From: Candidatus Levybacteria bacterium RIFCSPLOWO2_02_FULL_37_18
GTDB taxonomy: Bacteria; Patescibacteriota; Microgenomatia; Levybacterales; UBA12049
DNA length: 64,000 nt
Assembly: GCA_001784115.1 (NCBI GenBank)
Contig: MFPD01000011.1
Span: 28,869-92,868, forward strand
Reading direction: 5' to 3'
Shown: positions 60,954 through 64,000 of the stretch, in pieces
Layout of the letters: every line of letters starts with the position of its first letter
Position numbering within the stretch: position 1 is the first letter of the stretch
Program-made: the position numbers and the translations under genes
The notes under the pieces: generated by a model
Told to the model about the DNA's origin: nothing
What the model saw: only the letters and a program-made list of their open reading frames with translations
The model's database searches: none

Positions 60954-62614
60954 AGAAAAAAATATCCATCTTGATAGTTTTTGTATTTGCAATTGCTTTT
61001 TTATTTCGCTTTTATAATATTCTATGGGGATCACCATACTTCTTCCACCCGGATGAAAGAAATATAGCTTATGCAACTGAGAGAATCCGTTTTCCAAATC
61101 AATTAAATCCCCAGTTTTTTGCGTATGGCAGTTTTCCGATATATGTCATTTATTTTACTGGTGTTTGCTTCAATTTCTTTTCTCACTTTTTGAACATAGA
61201 AAAAAATATTAGTGATATATTTTCTGTTTCATTCGAAAATGCGATATTTTTTGGAAGATTCTACAGTGCTGTTTTTTCGTTTATTTCTATTTTTCTGACA
61301 GTAAAGATCTACAAAAAAATAAGTAATAAAACACCAGGAACAATTCTTCTCATGTGGTTACTGACAACAAGTGCGGGATTTATTCAATTTGCCCACTTTG
61401 CTACATTCGAAATGTGGCTAACATTTTTCACCCTATTGCAGTTTTATTATTTATTAAAATTTTTTGAACAAAAAAAAGTTGTTTATTTTTCTATTTCATC
61501 TGTAATTTTTGGACTGCTTCTTAGCATTAAAATTTCCTCATTAACTCTTTTTCCTATTTCTCTTTTTATAATAAAAAAAACAAAATTGAACTGGAAAAAA
61601 AATCTTGTTATTTTTTTAGTAACTGCCTTTGTAACAGGTATTCTTACCTCGCCATTTTATGTTTTGGATTTTTCTACTTTTAAATCAAACATAACATATG
61701 AATCAAATGTTGCAACCGAAACGCTTCCTGTTTTTTATTCCGGACAATTTTTTTATACAATTCCTATTCTATTCCAGCTTACAAAAGTATATCCATTTCT
61801 CATAAACCCAATGCTAACTATATTATTCATCCCTTCTCTTTTGTATGTTACCATTATTGGTTTTAAAAAAACAAAAAATTCTTATCTCTTATTGCTTTTC
61901 ACTTATCTCTTACTTTTCCTTCCGCAATCATTTTTATTTGTAAAATGGACACGTTATATGGTTCCAACTCTTCCTTTTATCTATCTTATAATTACGATTT
62001 TTCTTTCTGAACTTTTGCAAGGACTACAAAAGAAAGTTCATTACTATTATATTAGTATAATAGTAATAATAACGATAACCATAAGTATAGGTTTTGCATT
62101 TTCATATTTTCTTACAGTTTATCTTAATCCAGATACACGGATTCAAGCAAGTAGTTGGGCGAGTGAACACATACCAAAGAATGCAAAAATTCTAAGCGAG
62201 GTTTATGATTTAGGAATCATTCCTTTTAATCAATATTTCCAAAATATCCAACTCTTTAATTTTTATTATCTCGACAATACAGACACCTCGGATGGTGGCA
62301 GACTGAGCTTGCGAAGCCATGACTCCTCCGAGGTAAATGACCTAGAACAAAAACTCAGAGATTCAGATTATCTAATTCTTCCAAGCCAACGAATACTAAA
62401 AAATAGAATTACAAATAAACAAAAGTTTCCGGTTGGATTTAAATTTTATTATAAACTTCTTTCCGGAAAGCTTGGATATAAAAAAATCTACGAAACACCA
62501 TGTGATATTTTTTGTAAAATAATATACATGGGAGATCCTGTTTTTAATATCGAAGAAACAGCAAATGTTTTTGACAGACCGATGGTATTTATTTTCAAAC
62601 ATGAAAAATTATAA
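60950..62614 (+). CDS. GT-C (PMT/GT39-like) glycosyltransferase
   Basis: FHPDER, FFAYGSFP, RYMVP; polytopic. Confidence 0.82.
   Translation: MKKKISILIVFVFAIAFLFRFYNILWGSPYFFHPDERNIAYATERIRFPNQLNPQFFAYGSFPIYVIYFTGVCFNFFSHFLNIEKNISDIFSVSFENAIFFGRFYSAVFSFISIFLTVKIYKKISNKTPGTILLMWLLTTSAGFIQFAHFATFEMWLTFFTLLQFYYLLKFFEQKKVVYFSISSVIFGLLLSIKISSLTLFPISLFIIKKTKLNWKKNLVIFLVTAFVTGILTSPFYVLDFSTFKSNITYESNVATETLPVFYSGQFFYTIPILFQLTKVYPFLINPMLTILFIPSLLYVTIIGFKKTKNSYLLLLFTYLLLFLPQSFLFVKWTRYMVPTLPFIYLIITIFLSELLQGLQKKVHYYYISIIVIITITISIGFAFSYFLTVYLNPDTRIQASSWASEHIPKNAKILSEVYDLGIIPFNQYFQNIQLFNFYYLDNTDTSDGGRLSLRSHDSSEVNDLEQKLRDSDYLILPSQRILKNRITNKQKFPVGFKFYYKLLSGKLGYKKIYETPCDIFCKIIYMGDPVFNIEETANVFDRPMVFIFKHEKL
62282..62334. 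repeat. In-frame palindromic insertion
   Basis: ACCTCGGA...TCCGAGGT, GC-rich in an AT-rich gene; encodes DTSDGGRLSLRSHDSSEV. Confidence 0.7.
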
Positions 62615-64000
62615 AAATCACATTCTATTTTTAGTAATTCTTTTGATTGGATCATTATTTAGATTTTGGAACATGAACTGGGACGAAGGGTTTCATCTTC
62701 ACCCAGACGAAAGGTTTCTGACTATGGTTGGCAATTCCATGAGAATTCCAAATAACCTTTTAAGCTACCTAGACCCAAAAGTTTCAACTTTTAATCCTCA
62801 GAATATCAACTATCCCTTCTTTGTTTATGGAACTTTTCCCTTAGTGCTCAATAAAATAATAGTGTCGTTATTAAATAGCGATACTTATTTTCAATTTACT
62901 TTGTTTGGAAGAATAGTATCCGCATTTTTCGATCTTTGTATTATTGCACTTATTTACAAAACAGTTGAACTACTAGAGAAAAAATATAGACTATCAAGAT
63001 CGATTAAATTCCTCGCTAGTTTTTTTTATTCAATCACCGTATTTCCCATTCAGTTGTCTCATTTTTTTGCTGTTGATACTTTTCTTAATTTCTTCATGTT
63101 CGCATCTTTTTACTTTATTCTTAAGTATTCTTTTGAAAAAAAAATATCTTTTCTTGTGTTTAGTGCCATCCTAATGGGCCTTGCATTTGCATGTAAAATA
63201 ACTGCCGCCTTTATTTTCCCTTTAAATATGTTTTTCTTGTTTATAGGGAATAACAAGAATCATATTAGTAAAATATTTACTCGTAAGTTGTTCCAAACAT
63301 CTTATTCAGGATTCATATTATTCTTATTTTATGCCACTATAGTATATTTTACTCTTAGGATTGCTGATCCGTATATGTTTGAAAACAGCTCTATCTTACA
63401 CCCCGAAATAAACAAACTGTTTATCCAAAACTTGAAAACTCTTTCGACTTTAACAGGGAAAGGAGCAACCTATCCCCCAACAATTCAATGGATTAACAAG
63501 ACTCCCATACTTTTTAGTTTGACAAATATTATTGTTTTTGGAGTTGGAGTTATATACTTTTTATTTATACTCATAGGATTTTATACGTCTCTAAAGGTTT
63601 ATAAAAATATTTTTCGGACAATTCTTGTTTGGACAATCGGATTTTTTCTTTACCAAGCATCTCAATTTGCCCAAAGCATGCGGTATTTTATTCCTATTTA
63701 TCCGTTTCTCGCGATTTTTGCAGGAGTTGGTTTTTTCTACCTTACAAAAAAATGGAAAAAAATATTTGTTATACTTTTACTTATTGTTCCCCTTTTGTAT
63801 CCTCTTGCATTTATCTCTATATATAGAAACGAGACAACGCGGGTAACGGCATCAAAATGGATTTATAAAAATATACCCGACGGGAGTCTGTTACTTGGAG
63901 AACATTGGGATGATCCGCTCCCGTTATTAGTTACCAATACCAAACAAAAACAATTTATATCAGAAGCATTACCTGTTTTTGACATGGATACAAATGAAAA
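62601..64000 (+). CDS. Second GT-C (PMT/GT39-like) glycosyltransferase, runs off the window
   Basis: ATG 62601; NWDEGFHLHPDERF, FFVYGTFP, QLSHFFAVD, EHWDDPLP. Confidence 0.85.
   Translation, partial: MKNYKNHILFLVILLIGSLFRFWNMNWDEGFHLHPDERFLTMVGNSMRIPNNLLSYLDPKVSTFNPQNINYPFFVYGTFPLVLNKIIVSLLNSDTYFQFTLFGRIVSAFFDLCIIALIYKTVELLEKKYRLSRSIKFLASFFYSITVFPIQLSHFFAVDTFLNFFMFASFYFILKYSFEKKISFLVFSAILMGLAFACKITAAFIFPLNMFFLFIGNNKNHISKIFTRKLFQTSYSGFILFLFYATIVYFTLRIADPYMFENSSILHPEINKLFIQNLKTLSTLTGKGATYPPTIQWINKTPILFSLTNIIVFGVGVIYFLFILIGFYTSLKVYKNIFRTILVWTIGFFLYQASQFAQSMRYFIPIYPFLAIFAGVGFFYLTKKWKKIFVILLLIVPLLYPLAFISIYRNETTRVTASKWIYKNIPDGSLLLGEHWDDPLPLLVTNTKQKQFISEALPVFDMDTNE

Overview
AT-rich chromosomal segment of a Patescibacteria/CPR bacterium, most consistent with Microgenomates (inference from short IF2, truncated AlaRS, AMP phosphorylase, sortase, PilN/PilO, many GT-C glycosyltransferases and a TrpR/YerC-like gene). 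It carries mostly core genes: rpoB-rpoC, alaS, mltG, ftsK, rnj, pnp, rpsO, infB, nusA, hrcA-grpE-dnaK-dnaJ, metG, tatD, groES-groEL, lepA, murJ and rpsT. It also has envelope glycosylation clusters, a decayed argF'-argH-argE island fused to an IS110 remnant, and a methyltransferase-like pseudogene. The most unusual content is non-coding or sub-genic. (i) TGTCAT..ATGACA palindromic elements are wrapped in three different kinds of IS-like ends. (ii) An identical 15-bp hairpin is inserted twice with 5-bp target duplications. (iii) Palindromic and 7-/9-mer periodic arrays fill intercistronic gaps and sit in frame inside core proteins (LepA, AlaRS, PNPase, DnaK). (iv) A TrpR-like gene is bracketed by two copies of a long palindrome. 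(v) Many genes show leaderless promoter architecture. No rRNA, tRNA or CRISPR array was seen.
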